From Phoronis australis (lineage: Eukaryota; Animalia; Phoronida), in contig NMRA01000008.1 of assembly GCA_002633005.1 (NCBI GenBank), positions 1,521,328-1,585,327 of the forward strand: DNA of 64,000 nt, in the 5' to 3' direction. How positions within the stretch are numbered: the stretch's first letter is position 1; each line of letters starts with the position of its first letter. Both the position numbers and the translations under genes were made by a program. Positions 26,901 to 61,769 of the stretch are shown one piece after another. The notes under the pieces were generated by a model, which was given only the letters and a program-made list of their open reading frames with translations, had not been told where the DNA came from and made no database searches.

Positions 26901-28047
26901 CAGGAATGCCTACTTACGTTCAAGTTAAAAATTGTTGAATGTATTATCGTGTAGTCTATCACTGAAATATATATCAATGAAAAATGTTGTTTTATTGCAA
27001 ACAGTCATTGGATTTTTCATAGCGCATTGAAACAATTTGTAAACACCCTGGGCGTAGGTGCGTTGGCAAGAGTGTGGTTGTCAGAAAGAACTTAAGAGGT
27101 CACTGGTGCAAATCTTGCTGACCAGTACATTGTCTTTTTAGTAAAATTTTGCAAAAGTACATTCTTTAGCAAAACATCAATATCAGTAGCACATTCAAAT
27201 TTTATTTTGATGTAAATGTTCAAGGTGAAATCTCAAAAACACTAGTTTTCTAAACTTTTTGTTTTTTGATCGCCCTTACAGTCAAAAGACGATCCCTAAC
27301 AGGATTTTTGAGAACAGTGCATTAATTGTAGAATCTAAAAGTTTAATGTGAATCCAATCGGCCATTTCTGAGATGCAAAGTTCCAAAGTTAAGCCATTGT
27401 TCTAGGGTAGTGCATAACGTTAAAGATGTATTTGCATGGTCTTAACATAGCTAATGTAGGGCGGCAACTAAACTACAATGCTGTTTTAACATAACTACGC
27501 TTAACAATGCTGTTTTAACATAACTACGCTTAACAATGCTGTTTTAACATAACTACGCTTAACAATGTTGTTTTAACATAACTACGCTTAACAATGCTGT
27601 TTTAACATAACTACGCTTAACAATGTGTTCTTGTATTCATTGGCAGCTTGTAAATGTGAAAACAAAAAATTCAGGTGACCTTTGCTCTAATGACATACCT
27701 TGGGGGGCTCACATAACTAGCATCATGCAGCGTTATTCCCCAACACCACGTCACGATACTTACGGGACAGGGTTTAGTGATTTGCAGCAAATCATTTTCG
27801 CCACAAAACTCGTTCTTAAAAACATTTGACAACTTACAAGCTACTTGATATTCACGTCGTCACGGTATGTTTCGTTTCTAATTTGACCAAGCAATCACAG
27901 AGATAAGGAATTAGCATGCGAGTGCCACTTGCTAGAATGTATGGGTAAAGTGAATGTTGTTCCATTTCAGATGCGTTCACAATGGCCTTTCAGAAAGCTT
28001 TCTTGGTAGTGCAAGAAGAGAAAGAAGATGAAGAGAAGTCTTCTTAG
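2667..28047 (+). CDS. SLC7A5/SLC7A8-like: SLC7-family L-type amino acid transporter light chain (LAT1/LAT2-like); 5'-partial gene, 8 coding exons: join(2667..2984,11260..11385,17530..17629,22040..22208,24026..24226,25207..25356,26093..26270,27971..28047)
   Basis: Spliced translation gives hallmark LAT motifs: [25 protein letters not shown] (conserved Cys that bonds to the SLC3/4F2hc heavy chain), [40 protein letters not shown]. All introns are GT-AG with matching phases. The TM1 exon(s) are not in the window. Exact orthology is not determinable by eye. Confidence 0.93.
3056..4782 (+). mobile_element. Non-autonomous Helentron/HINE (DINE-1-like) element with central tandem array (11 monomers of ~148 bp)
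   Basis: T-run start; stem-loop ATGCGCCCACAT..ATGTGGACGCAT; CCGT/CTGT microsatellite; internal tandem repeats; terminal hairpin AACGC-TTC-GCGTT followed by GCTCTTGTT. A homologous inverted copy lies at 48397-50272. The family assignment rests on architecture only. Confidence 0.8.
9580..9805. mobile_element. Palindromic MITE-like element
   Basis: ~60-bp inverted arms at 9602-9663 and 9721-9783; 15-bp direct repeats at 9526-9540 and 9805-9819. Confidence 0.6.
11260..11385 (+). CDS. SLC7A5/SLC7A8-like: SLC7 LAT-like coding exon (TM4-TM5)
   Basis: tttcag|TG GTA TTG ... TTG G|gtaagt; [29 protein letters not shown]; 126 nt. Confidence 0.9.
12017..12053. repeat. (TG)n microsatellite
   Basis: Run of tgtgtg with occasional ttt interruptions. 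Confidence 0.85.
12995..13220 (+). repeat. Dispersed repeat family B copy
   Basis: AGCCTATTGTTTTTG..AAATCGG..CAAGATGGC..TGTGG..GCCATTTT, shared with 16020-16225 and 16510-16725. Confidence 0.65.
16020..16725 (+). repeat. Dispersed repeat family B, two related units
   Basis: Homologous to 12995-13220; spurious ORFs 13000 and 16020 share SLLFL..IG.K.ALW.PF. Confidence 0.65.
17530..17629 (+). CDS. SLC7A5/SLC7A8-like: SLC7 LAT-like coding exon (TM6; absent from ORF track)
   Basis: ttctag|GG TAC CAC ... GGA TG|gtaagt; [33 protein letters not shown]. Confidence 0.93.
20110..20210. mobile_element. Palindromic MITE family A copy (opposite orientation to 35524)
   Basis: AAACTGGTTCTCAAAATCCGGGACCCTGTAAGTGACTGTTGCCC; its spacer is the reverse complement of the spacer in the 35524 copy. 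Confidence 0.65.
20428..20928. mobile_element. hAT-like MITE (~500 bp, CpG-rich)
   Basis: TIRs CAGGGCTTGGAAT / ATTCCAAGCCCCG; repeated subterminal TTCCGCG motifs; no exact 8-bp TSD. Confidence 0.6.
22040..22208 (+). CDS. SLC7A5/SLC7A8-like: SLC7 LAT-like coding exon (TM7; absent from ORF track)
   Basis: ttgcag|G AAT TAC CTG ... GCA GTG|gtaagt; [40 protein letters not shown]. Confidence 0.93.
22735..23143. mobile_element. Degenerate palindromic MITE
   Basis: Ends CAGGTTCACAT..TTTAGCATTTTCACCAGCATTTT and GCTAAAATGCTGGCAGTGAAATTGCTAG..ATGTGTACCGG are imperfect inverted repeats. Confidence 0.45.
24026..24226 (+). CDS. SLC7A5/SLC7A8-like: SLC7 LAT-like coding exon (TM8-TM9)
   Basis: ttctag|GTC ATG GCC ... 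TTT ACG|gtacgt; [30 protein letters not shown]. Confidence 0.93.
24886..24990. repeat. ~39-bp minisatellite, about 3 copies
   Basis: Unit approximately CCAAGGAACTCAATATGATTCATCCCAAATCCTTGG. Confidence 0.75.
25207..25356 (+). CDS. SLC7A5/SLC7A8-like: SLC7 LAT-like coding exon (TM10)
   Basis: ttttag|GGC ATA ATG ... ATA AAG|gtatgt; [18 protein letters not shown]...RPDAERPIK. Confidence 0.93.
26093..26270 (+). CDS. SLC7A5/SLC7A8-like: SLC7 LAT-like coding exon (TM11-TM12)
   Basis: ttgtag|GTG GCG CTA ... ATG G|gtaagt; [24 protein letters not shown]. Confidence 0.93.
27475..27625. repeat. 29-bp minisatellite, 5 copies
   Basis: ACAATGCTGTTTTAACATAACTACGCTTA, near-perfect copies. Confidence 0.95.
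27971..28047 (+). CDS. SLC7A5/SLC7A8-like: SLC7 LAT-like last coding exon (C-terminus and TAG stop)
   Basis: tttcag|AT GCG TTC ACA ATG GCC TTT CAG AAA ... TCT TAG; [25 protein letters not shown], resembling the LAT1/LAT2 T...QK..VV tail; phase matches the previous exon. Confidence 0.88.
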
Positions 28048-31000
28048 GTGACCCGACTTGCTGGCTCATACCTGTCTCTTATTTGTGGGTTGCGTGCTTG
28101 TAGGATGTTTGTTATTGTTTCATTTTGCTGGGAGCTGCTTCTGTCTGGGTGCACGAGTTCAAGTCCAAGTTAAGTCTGTCACGGTATATAGTCGCTGTGA
28201 GCCACGGCGTTAAAACTTTAAGGAGTCAGCACCGAATCGTACTCGCGTGATCGTTAACAATCTGCGGCGATCCGTAGGTGATTACTGTGTTTTCAAACCG
28301 TCACCGTATTCACCATGCAACATTCTTTACCTTAGAATTTTGAGGCATCAGTAATGGCTCATAGCCGTCCGGGAAAGATTGCAAATTTCTGCACACACTG
28401 TAAGAGGTTACTGTTATAGTTGCTACCAGTTTGCAGGTGAAGTAGACGAGCAACTTTGCTGTAGCATTGTGGTCTTGTTTGCTGCTTTGCTGCAGTTATT
28501 GCAACACCTTGAGTTGTGGTGGAAATCATAAAGGAAATCAGAATCCATTAATTGGAAATCTCAATGAATCCAGGCCTGATTGTGAATTAGTTTTGAGTGA
28601 CGTTACATACTCTATGGTAGGCAATGAAACTGAATCAAAATTCATGCAACCTCATTTACTGTACATGAATCCTTACTTTTTTGCAAAATCACAGAATTGT
28701 TTTTTTTGTCTCGGAATCAATTTTAATTCGGTTTTTTCTTCAGTGACAAGTCGTCGAATCATTGGTACACTAGCTTATAGTGACCTTAACAGTGTCTTGG
28801 CCGACAAGCAGCCACCAAGATGGCGCTGCTGCTAACCGTCAGCAGTACCGTGATAATCTAACTTGGGCTTTAACGAAGTTTGTGCCTTTTTGTGTTCACA
28901 GCATACACTCCTGTGATGACTGTTGAGGCCTTGTTAAGCTGGGTCACGCTTTGATCCGGTTTGGTTACATACTCGCAGAAGATTATATTACTATAACTAC
29001 ATTGTTCTATATGATCACGTGACTGTGAACGCGAGTTCCGCGTCTGAGCTGGTTTAGAGATTGGGAATGAAGTGACTGCCAGACGAGCACCATATTGAAT
29101 ACCTCTTGTAAGACGTCTGAAAGTTGACTTCATGTGTTGTCTCATTGGCTCTTGACTTAGCGAGCGAGTCTCAAGGAAATTGCAATACTCGGTGCATTTG
29201 TGTGAGTTAGATGGATTTAAACTGGTTGGCAAGTGTCCATGACCCCTGCACACAGGACATGGACCCGAAGCCATGGAATTTTGAGGTTGAAGTGTCTATT
29301 GTTTGAGTGATCGTTCCAACAAATTTCTGGACCAATTTGGGTGAGGAACTCGTGTATTCTGCAGATTGAGCTGGTTTAGGGTGTACAGTACACGCCAACT
29401 GTGTTTGGACAAAATGACCTGGAATATCTTGTCATGGCGGCTGGTTGAAAGCTGAATTCATCGTCGTAGTAGCCTTCCCTCATGGCCGAGAATAAAGGAT
29501 AATCAATAGGAAACTTGGAAAAGGTGGCCAAGTCGTAATGAGAATTGTGGCACCACAATAGCTATTTCTAGTCGTTTTTCCTGTTAACAGAGTATTTTGT
29601 CATGATGGAAAATGGTATTTTGTCTGATAACTATTGTCGTGTACTGCAGAAATATTTATGTTAATAAGTGAAATTAGCCTATTACGCTATGAGAATGATA
29701 GTGTTGTATAATGTCTGAAAGTTTTCAAATCTTAGTTGGGCATTGGACTTCCACGATTATATTATTTAGTATACTTCGGCAGTATTGCCCTTCTGAGTCT
29801 AAATGGTGGACTATTGGTTTGTTCATCAATGAAACAATGTACCCTAGTCCAACTGGTAACTGTCTTGACTCTGTGTCATGTCTTTGTACTTCCCTCTTGA
29901 CACCATTTTGTCTTTGTTAACTGCATTTTTCAAATTCGGACCCATTTTATAATGAGAGTGTCTTGGTATGAAATAAATTGGGTGGCAAACAATTATCATT
30001 TGATCAAAAAATCTGAAGTTGCTAGTCAATGTCGAGCTTTTGAAATCTTTGTTTTCATTTTAAAAAATTGTTCTGTTTTAAAGTAGCTTTATTAGAAAGT
30101 TTGAAAAAATGAAACATTTTAAAAGTAACATTTGTGTAATGTGTGGGGTTCATTTGTGTGTTTGTCTATTTAACCTTAGAATGATTGCTTACAACAGAAA
30201 TTGCCTAAAAAATAAAAAAATATTAAAGGGATATTTTGTATATAGTCTATGGTTCAGACCGTTCAGTAGTTATTCTCTTAATTGAAATCACTGTGGTTAT
30301 ATGACATCTTAACAAGTAGCAGCTCAGAATAGGAATTGAAATTTTCGATATCTACTGAACACGCCTAAAATATTCCGACAACATGACCTTGAATTCCCCG
30401 TCGTGAATACTTCTTGGGTCTACTAAGTTTAAGCTTTTATTTTGCATGGCCTGCTCAAGAAATTGTAAAAATATGCATTGTTTATTGTAGCTTATTTATG
30501 TGGTAAGTTGTTAACAACTGGATAAAAATCAACGCACATGGGCGCTTGGATTTTTAGAAAGAGCCCTCTGCCAACCTGAAGTGTCTGTCTGCATTTGGGG
30601 TTGTTGCTATGTGAGATATTTGGCAATGAATACATTTACATGGTTCCTATTGGTCATGGATAACCTAGAAAATGACACAAATCCTTGCCATGCATGGAAA
30701 ACTTGGAGAAGGATAAATGATAAAAACTTGTAATGGATGAAAAAGGATTATGGCTCTGAGGAAGTTTCCTAATTTTGCTAGTCATGACACCAGTCATTAG
30801 CAAAAATTACTATTGTGTCGTGGAAAGGGAATAACATGTCCTGGGAACTGTGGTTTTATGTAAAGTTTGTGGCAGCTTGTGTAGATATGTTGTACATGGT
30901 ATGTTCTTGTAATAGTATGACACAGTTTGTGTAGTTATGTTATACATGGTATGTTCTTGTAATGGTGGAGGTAGTTTGCATTTGTGCGCCAGGGGTCTGG

Positions 31001-32890
31001 TTTATCAAGCCGTACGTCCGCCTATAGCTAGGTCACCGAAAACATCAGGCCGCGTTTTTAAGACCAAAATGTTGCAACTGACATTAATTAGAGATTTTTT
31101 CATATTCAGCTTTGACGACCACCTTCAATAGTCGTGTCAATGAATTATGTGTAAATTATAATTGAAGTTACAACTGTCTTAGATGAGCCTGGACTTGTGA
31201 CCTTTGATAAAGTGGCCCCCTGGAGTGATAGTAGAAGTAGTGGTACCCTTATTTTTTGTCTGATTTCGTGTTCAGCACAGGTATGGAAGAATTCCTCAAT
31301 TTAGGACAAGTTTAAGTGCGAACAGTAGTGTTGGTGTTTTGCAAAAGCTACATTGCTACCAATGCTTCAAGTTTTACTAAGTAACTTATTTGATGACAGC
31401 TATAACGTATGAATTATGTCTGGCCAAAACGCATTATTGGTTCTAGTCTGCTCTGCGACTCGTGTTGAATCCTGTGCCCATCCGCATCATGTTTAGACAA
31501 GTTCTTGATCTTTTTTCAAAAAACACTATATCACATAAGCCATGTTTTAGAGAATGTGGCTTGTCAAGTTGGCCTAAGTCATATGGATATAGGCCTTCAT
31601 TGGCAAAAAATAAAATATCGCTCGTTAGGTGGATTTTATTTGGAAAATTGAGCAATTAAAAGTACTGTATCATTGCCAATTTTCCAAAAATGTACCAGAA
31701 TCAACTATGTCCTTTGGCCTTGGCAAAATGAAGATTGTTCCCGATATTTTGTCCTTAACTGAAGAGTTTTTTCTGTGTCTGTATGCGTCTTTGTCTCTCG
31801 TATTGTCCTTACAACCAATTCTTGGGTACACACTGGTTTACAAACCAGCTGGTTGTGGGAATGTCTTGTGTGAGCCTACTTACCAATGTAGAGTAGTGTA
31901 GTGGTTCAGATGCCGGGCTTGGGCGAAATTGGCCTTTTTACGAACAGTGGTCGAATTTGTCGGCCTGAAGAATTGTGGGAAGTGATGCTACAGCTGTTGT
32001 AACACGTGTGGAGCACCAGTTGCTTGTCCCCGTTGACTGTTCTTTTGCTCAGGCCTGTAGGTGGCAGTTCTTAAGTTAATGTCCACTGTTGTGTGTAGAT
32101 TCCAGATAGCTAAGTTAGTGGGAGGAACCCTACCAAAAGAGACTCGTCTCGCTTGGTTGTTCCAATGGAAAAAACTTCCCCAAATCTCTTGTCTGGAGTG
32201 CACTCTCAGTTTTAGGGAGTGACGTTAAAAAGACAATGAACTAACAAGCTAGAGTGTGTTTTGTTTTGGTGAGTGATATGAATTTCAAACATTTCTTGTG
32301 GCTTTACCAGCCATTCTAAGACTCTTTGATAGGCAGGTTTTGCTCTTAAATACATTTGAACGTTTTACCGTATATTTGACCCAGGTACAAGTTTGGAAAA
32401 GTCGTGCTAAAATCTTGCAGAGAATCGTGACCCCCTCATGGCTGCGACTTGCATCCCAGATTTGTGCTTCTCAGTGTTTCCTATGCTGACAATCTGTTGT
32501 CTTGAGTAACAGAATTAGACGAGATTATCCAGCAGTGTTCAACTGAAAAGCTGGTCTAGTCAGATGTTGCGTCTTTGTACAGATGTTAATTTCATTAAAA
32601 GGCATTGAAGTGAGTCTTAGCATTGCTTGGTTAATTCAGTCCATTGTTTTGGTGTACCGTGATCTGTATACAACCTTCGAGTCAAAACAGTTGTCGGAAC
32701 AGTCCTATGTTTAGAAATCATAAGTGGAACTAGATTTTTTGATGCTTCTAAGTCCCATTCAATGCCATCTGAAAATATTAAGTATCCACTCACAGAAACT
32801 AGCTTTGAATGCCCAGACTGTTTTAGTCTGTTTACTTCTCAGACTAGAGAAACAGGCTTTACAACAAAGAGGGCACTGCAATGGGGCTTT

Positions 32891-33129
32891 TATAGGAACG
32901 GAAATTGTGACGTCACCTCACTGGGGGTAGTCTAGATGTCGCCATCTTGGCTTTAACCCATGCCAGTTATTACGTTACGTAAAAAATTAAACCAATTAAA
33001 TCGTTTAGACATGGTCAACTTGTTTCACAGATCCTGTGGCATGAACTTCGGAGTTTATGAAGTTAGTTTTTGATTAATTTTGCCGGAGAAGTTGCTAGGG
33101 GTGTGACGTAATCACTTTCCGTCCCTATA
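32891..33129. mobile_element. MITE with TA-flanked TIRs
   Basis: TATAGGAACGGAAA... / ...TTTCCGTCCCTATA. Confidence 0.6.
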
Positions 33130-33262
33130 AATAAAATTCTCCAGCTAATTAGGTCAAATTTTTCGTGATGGAGGTTTGATGCTATTTTTCTATTGCTTGG
33201 TTTATGAGGTGGCAGTCATGTCTAGAAATGAGTCTTTAATGGCACAAAATAATGCATTTAAT

Positions 33263-33328
33263 AATAAAGAATTTGGTGTAATTTTAATTCCAAATGTCAA
33301 GTTTTACTGCAAACAGTACTGAAATAAA
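33263..33328 (+). promoter_or_regulatory. Candidate polyadenylation signals of the SLC7 gene (would imply a ~5.3-kb 3' UTR)
   Basis: AATAAA at 33263 and 33323 followed by a GT/T-rich tract; other AATAAA occur earlier (about 29492, 29972, 30212), so the site is uncertain. Confidence 0.35.
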
Positions 33329-33408
33329 ACAGTTTGAACTATTTGTTTCGTTTAATGGTTGGTGTCTTTGTGTGGGAATTGCTCTTGTTCCATTTCAGTT
33401 CATTTAAA

Positions 33409-33735
33409 AGGATACCAAACCCGGTTTTGTCCAATTAACAGATATTAAAAACGACTTTCCCATCCAATTTCACGAAACAAAATAATTCTCTGTAACCCTC
33501 AAAACTTAGGAGGAAAGTTTGAAAACTCCTTTCAAATTCTGCGAAATGGGCAAAGGCTTTTAGCGAATAACAAGGCAACTATGGGGAAAGACTAACAACC
33601 AGCAACCATAATATCCAATTTCTGAGTAAAGTTTAGCCGATTCCTGCTTTTATCTTTCAAGACTGTTGCCAATGCTGCATTAGCAGGTGACACAACAAGG
33701 ATTGGTTGAAGTTGTCAAAACGGGTTTAGTATCCT
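33409..33735. mobile_element. MITE (Kolobok-like termini) between the two 3' ends
   Basis: TIRs AGGATACCAAACCCGGTTTTG / CAAAACGGGTTTAGTATCCT in a TTAA-like context. Confidence 0.6.
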
Positions 33736-34178
33736 AAAGTGATTACACAGCAACCCCACAGAGGCATGCCGCTCTCTTTAAGTGTTAGTGATCACTCAAA
33801 GAAAAAAAACAAGTAATGGGACGATTTGAGAATGATTGACATTACTTCATTAATTCAACAGTATTTGTCAGTGTTCCATATACCTGGTATTTACACATAA
33901 TTACTATTCACCAAGCTTCAACGACAATTAAATATTATAAAATAAAAGACGCATGGACAAGACATATAAGTTCCAGAATGAAATTTACAGATCAACGTTC
34001 CGAACATGCACAAAAACGTTTCCAACAGTTTCATCGGTAAACTGGCACTCGGTCTGCGTTCTACAAAGTCGTTGCAAATGTTTTAACCATGGAAGCACTG
34101 CCAGGAATGTCACCAATAGGGAATGAAGACAAACGTGGATCAGAGATTGTTCCAACAGTCGTAATAACAAGACAAGAG

Positions 34179-34184
34179 TTTATT
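34179..34184 (-). promoter_or_regulatory. Candidate polyadenylation signal of CCDC186
   Basis: AATAAA on the minus strand, about 260 nt after the stop codon. Confidence 0.3.
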
Positions 34185-34445
34185 ACACCAGCTGGAACTG
34201 AAACACTGGACTTGGAATGAAGCTGGGAAATGCTTAAAGAGAAGTTTTCAATACTTGAACAACAAAGGCCATTTCAAAAACAACCCCTAAAGCAACGTGT
34301 CACTTTCAGTGAATTTCAAAGTACACGGTTTTTTTACATAGGTGGCAGCACTGTCTAGAATAAGCTTGTATCTCCAGCAGGATTAACTCCTGGTTCATGG
34401 CTACTGGGCACTGTTGTCTGTCCTATGGCTTGAAACAGGGTTTCA

Positions 34446-57976
<23,531 letters not shown>

Positions 57977-58067
57977 CCTTGAGTAAACTGTACTACAACT
58001 GCCATCTGCAATGTATAACGAGATCTTGAGACCGGGGTGCTTTTAGAACTTGGTTTCACAGACATGC

Positions 58068-58435
58068 ACTTGAGCAATACATCGTATAGGCATGAAGTGA
58101 CTGACTTGAGCAATACATTGTATAGGCATGAAGTGACTGACGAGCAATACATTGTATAGGCACGAAGTGACTGACTTGAGCAATACATCGTATAGGCATG
58201 AAGTGACTGACTTGAGCAATACATTGTATAGGCATGAAGTGACTGACTTGAGCAATACATTGTATAGGCATGAAGTGACTGACTTGAGCAATACATCGTA
58301 TAGGCATGAAGTGACTGACTTGAGCAATACATCGTATAGGCATGAAGTGACTGACTTGAGCAATACATTGTATAGGCATGAGTGACTGACTTGAGCAATA
58401 CATTGTATAGGCATGAAGTGACTGACTTGAGCAAT
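58068..58435. repeat. 36-bp minisatellite, about 10 copies
   Basis: ACTTGAGCAATACATYGTATAGGCATGAAGTGACTG; gives 12-aa-period ORFs in several frames. Confidence 0.95.
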
Positions 58436-59031
58436 CTAGGTAACAAAGAAGTGACCATGGTTTGCTAATTTTGATTACCCAGCTAGACTTTGAAATAAAA
58501 CCAGTCGAGTGACTGATAACAGTGTCTGTGTACAGTATTGCTAGTAACTCTTTGCTTTATAAACAGGCAGAAAGGTCCTAAATAGTAATAAGTTTCAAAA
58601 GTAAGTCATGTCTAGCCAGTAGTTAATATAAAAATCATCTGCTGTGTGACATTCATCAATCATCAAGGCTGCAAAAAGTGCCACGCAGACTGAGAGAATA
58701 AGAGTGCATGCGAAGGCACAGATAAACTAACACATGGCAATAACACCGTCTTTGGCCACCAAAAGATAACTTTTGATTTAGATCACTCTATAAAATTAGA
58801 CCCAACTTTATCCTTACTCAGATGAGGAATGATATCTGGGTTGTGGCAGACCTGTCTGTTCAACAGCGCTCAAGATCATGATTTGTGTAGAAAATGAAAC
58901 GCAGTGACAACACTGACAAGTCAACATTTCAAGCCTGTCAAGTCAAACAACAATGAATTGTCAATTCTCCCCAAGCCCAGGAATCACCAGTTTTAAGACA
59001 CAACGTCATATCCCCTGGTGTGAGCAGTGAA

Positions 59032-61769
59032 AAATGGCCAGCTGCCAATTTGAGCAACTGAACGAAAGAATGTTCGAGAAAAAGTTTAATTGGGGAGTAT
59101 TTTGTTTGAGCTGAGAAGAGTTAAAGACAGTAATGGCCTCCTAGGGTGTCCCTCTATGTGCAAACGATACTTATAGCAACATGATTTTGATGGGTTAATT
59201 AGTGTGAGCCATAATTTGCTGAAAAGCTTCGGCTGTATGGAGCGCCTATGGGATGACTACCGACTCTGCTCCAGCCAGTTGAGACAGTGGCACTGCCTAC
59301 AACCACTATGTACAGTGACCACCGTCTTGACCAGTCTTTGAGACAGTGAAGCTCCTATAGGCGCTTCATGCGCCGGAAGCTTTTCCGCAAATTACGCCTC
59401 ACACTTATTAAAACATCAAAGTCATGTTGTTATAAGTACTTTCGGCGCATAGAGGGACACCTTAGGTGGCCATTACTGTCTTTAACTCTTCTCAACTCAA
59501 ACAAATACTCCCCAATCAAACTTTTTCTCGAACAGTCCTTCGTTCAGTTGCCCAAATCGGCAAATGGGTCATTTTTACACTGCGCGCACTCCTATTTTTA
59601 CCAGAACCAACAGGAAACGTACAGTACTACAAATGGCCAGTTGTCAATTTGGGCAACTGAACGAAGGATTGTTCAAAGAAAAAGCTTGATTACTGGAGTA
59701 TTTGTTCGAGTTGGAAGGAATTAAAGACATCGATGGACTCATAAGGTGTCCCTCTATGCACAAAAGGTACTAATAACAACGCGAGTTTGATGTTTAAATC
59801 AGTGTGAGACACAATTCTTTGGAAAGCTTCTGGCATATGAAGCCGCTATAGGAGCTTCACCGTCTCTGAGGCCTGTTGAGACGTAGGCAATGACCATCGC
59901 CTCTGTTGGCCCGAAGCAGAGGCGATGTAGAGGCTATAGGCGCTCTGTACGCCGGAAGCTTTTCGGCGAATTATGCCTCGCACCGACTAAACCATCAAAG
60001 TCACGTTGTTATAAATACCTTTTGCGTATAGAGGAACACCTTAGGAGGTTGTCGATGTGTTTAAGTCCTTCCAACTCGAACCAATACTCCCGTTATGAAA
60101 CTTTTTCTTCGATCAGTCCCTATTTCAGTTCCCAAAATCGTGAAATCAAAATTTTTGTACTGCGCACGCTCCAACTTTTACCGCGCTCGCTAGGTGATGT
60201 GACTTCATAACCTCAATAATTTTTAAATAGGCCAAAGGTGAGCCATTGCGGTCTTGTCAGTCAAATGTTCGTTTCCAAAATGCCACCACTNNNNNNNNNN
60301 NNNNNNNNNNNNNNNNNNNNNNNNNNNNNNNNNNNNNNNNNNNNNNNNNNNNNNNNNNNNNNNNNNNNNNNNNNNNNNNNNNNNNNNNNNNNNNNNNNNN
60401 NNNNNNNNNNNNNNNNNNNNNNNNNNNNNNNNNNNNNNNNNNNNNNNNNNNNNNNNNNNNNNNNNNNNNNNNNNNNNNNNNNNNNNNNNNNNNNNNNNNN
60501 NNNNNNNNNNNNNNNNNNNNNNNNNNNNNNNNNNNNNNNNNNNNNNNNNNNNNNNNNNNNNNNNNNNNNNNNNNNNNNNNNNNNNNNNNNNNNNNNNNNN
60601 NNNNNNNNNNNNNNNNNNNNNNNNNNNNNNNNNNNNNNNNNNNNNNNNNNNNNNNNNNNNNNNNNNNNNNNNNNNNNNNNNNNNNNNNNNNNNNNNNNNN
60701 NNNNNNNNNNNNNNNNNNNNNNNNNNNNNNNNNNNNNNNNNNNNNNNNNNNNNNNNNNNNNNNNNNNNNNNNNNNNNNNNNNNNNNNNNNNNNNNNNNNN
60801 NNNNNNNNNNNNNNNNNNNNNNNNNNNNNNNNNNNNNNNNNNNNNNNNNNNNNNNNNNNNNNNNNNNNNNNNNNNNNNNNNNNNNNNNNNNNNNNNNNNN
60901 NNNNNNNNNNNNNNNNNNNNNNNNNNNNNNNNNNNNNNNNNNNNNNNNNNNNNNNNNNNNNNNNNNNNNNNNNNNNNNNNNNNNNNNNNNNNNNNNNNNN
61001 NNNNNNNNNNNNNNNNNNNNNNNNNNNNNNNNNNNNNNNNNNNNNNNNNNNNNNNNNNNNNNNNNNNNNNNNNNNNNNNNNNNNNNNNNNNNNNNNNNNN
61101 NNNNNNNNNNNNNNNNNNNNNNNNNNNNNNNNNNNNNNNNNNNNNNNNNNNNNNNNNNNNNNNNNNNNNNNNNNNNNNNNNNNNNNNNNNNNNNNNNNNN
61201 NNNNNNNNNNNNNNNNNNNNNNNNNNNNNNNAGTTGTTAGGCTAGACTGTAATCAGCTGATCATATCCGCATGAGCGAAGTCAATTATCCTCGCTCGTGA
61301 CTCGATGAATAGAGCAGCTTGGCGGCATCCCTTTGAGCATGAGCCGAGCGAGTCTCAGCCAAGGTGGATAAATACGGTCTAGTTCAATTTTCCATACCCC
61401 GCCGTTTACCTTAAACACCGGGGTTAGAACCAATTTTATTTAGTGGGAATGTTCATAGCATGGCAACTTCTGACCTTCGGCCTGGTTAAAACAAATGAAA
61501 ATTTTGATTTCACGATTTTGGGAACTGAAATAGGGACTGCTCGAAGAAAAAGTTTCATAACGGGAGTATTTGTTCGAGTTGGAAGAACTTAAACACATCG
61601 ACAACCTCCTAAGGTGTTCCTCTATGCGCAAAAGGTATTTATAACAACGTGACTTTGATGGTTTAGTCGGTGAGAGGCATAATTCGCCGAAAAGCTTCCG
61701 GCGTACAGAGCGCCTACAGCCTCAACATCGCCTCTGCTTCGGGCCAACAGAGACGATGGTCATTGCCTA
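59032..61769. repeat. Fold-back array of a ~240-bp unit in alternating orientation, interrupted by an assembly gap
   Basis: Units at about 59032-59255(+), 59341-59577(-), 59631-59868(+), 59884-60155(-) and 61498-61769(+). Confidence 0.85.
60291..61231. other. Assembly gap (941 N)
   Basis: Run of N. Confidence 1.

Noticed and set aside
28870-29558. Minus-strand ORFs of 134, 63 and 60 aa in the SLC7 3' region
   Set aside because: No recognisable domain, no consistent splice structure, and likely antisense to the 3' UTR.
59368-60210. Related ORFs (RRKLF..L.L...SKS.CYKY..RIE.HLR)
   Set aside because: They derive from the fold-back repeat units, with inconsistent frames and no known domain.
60238-61274. 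Three ~330-aa ORFs
   Set aside because: Artefacts of translating through the N gap.
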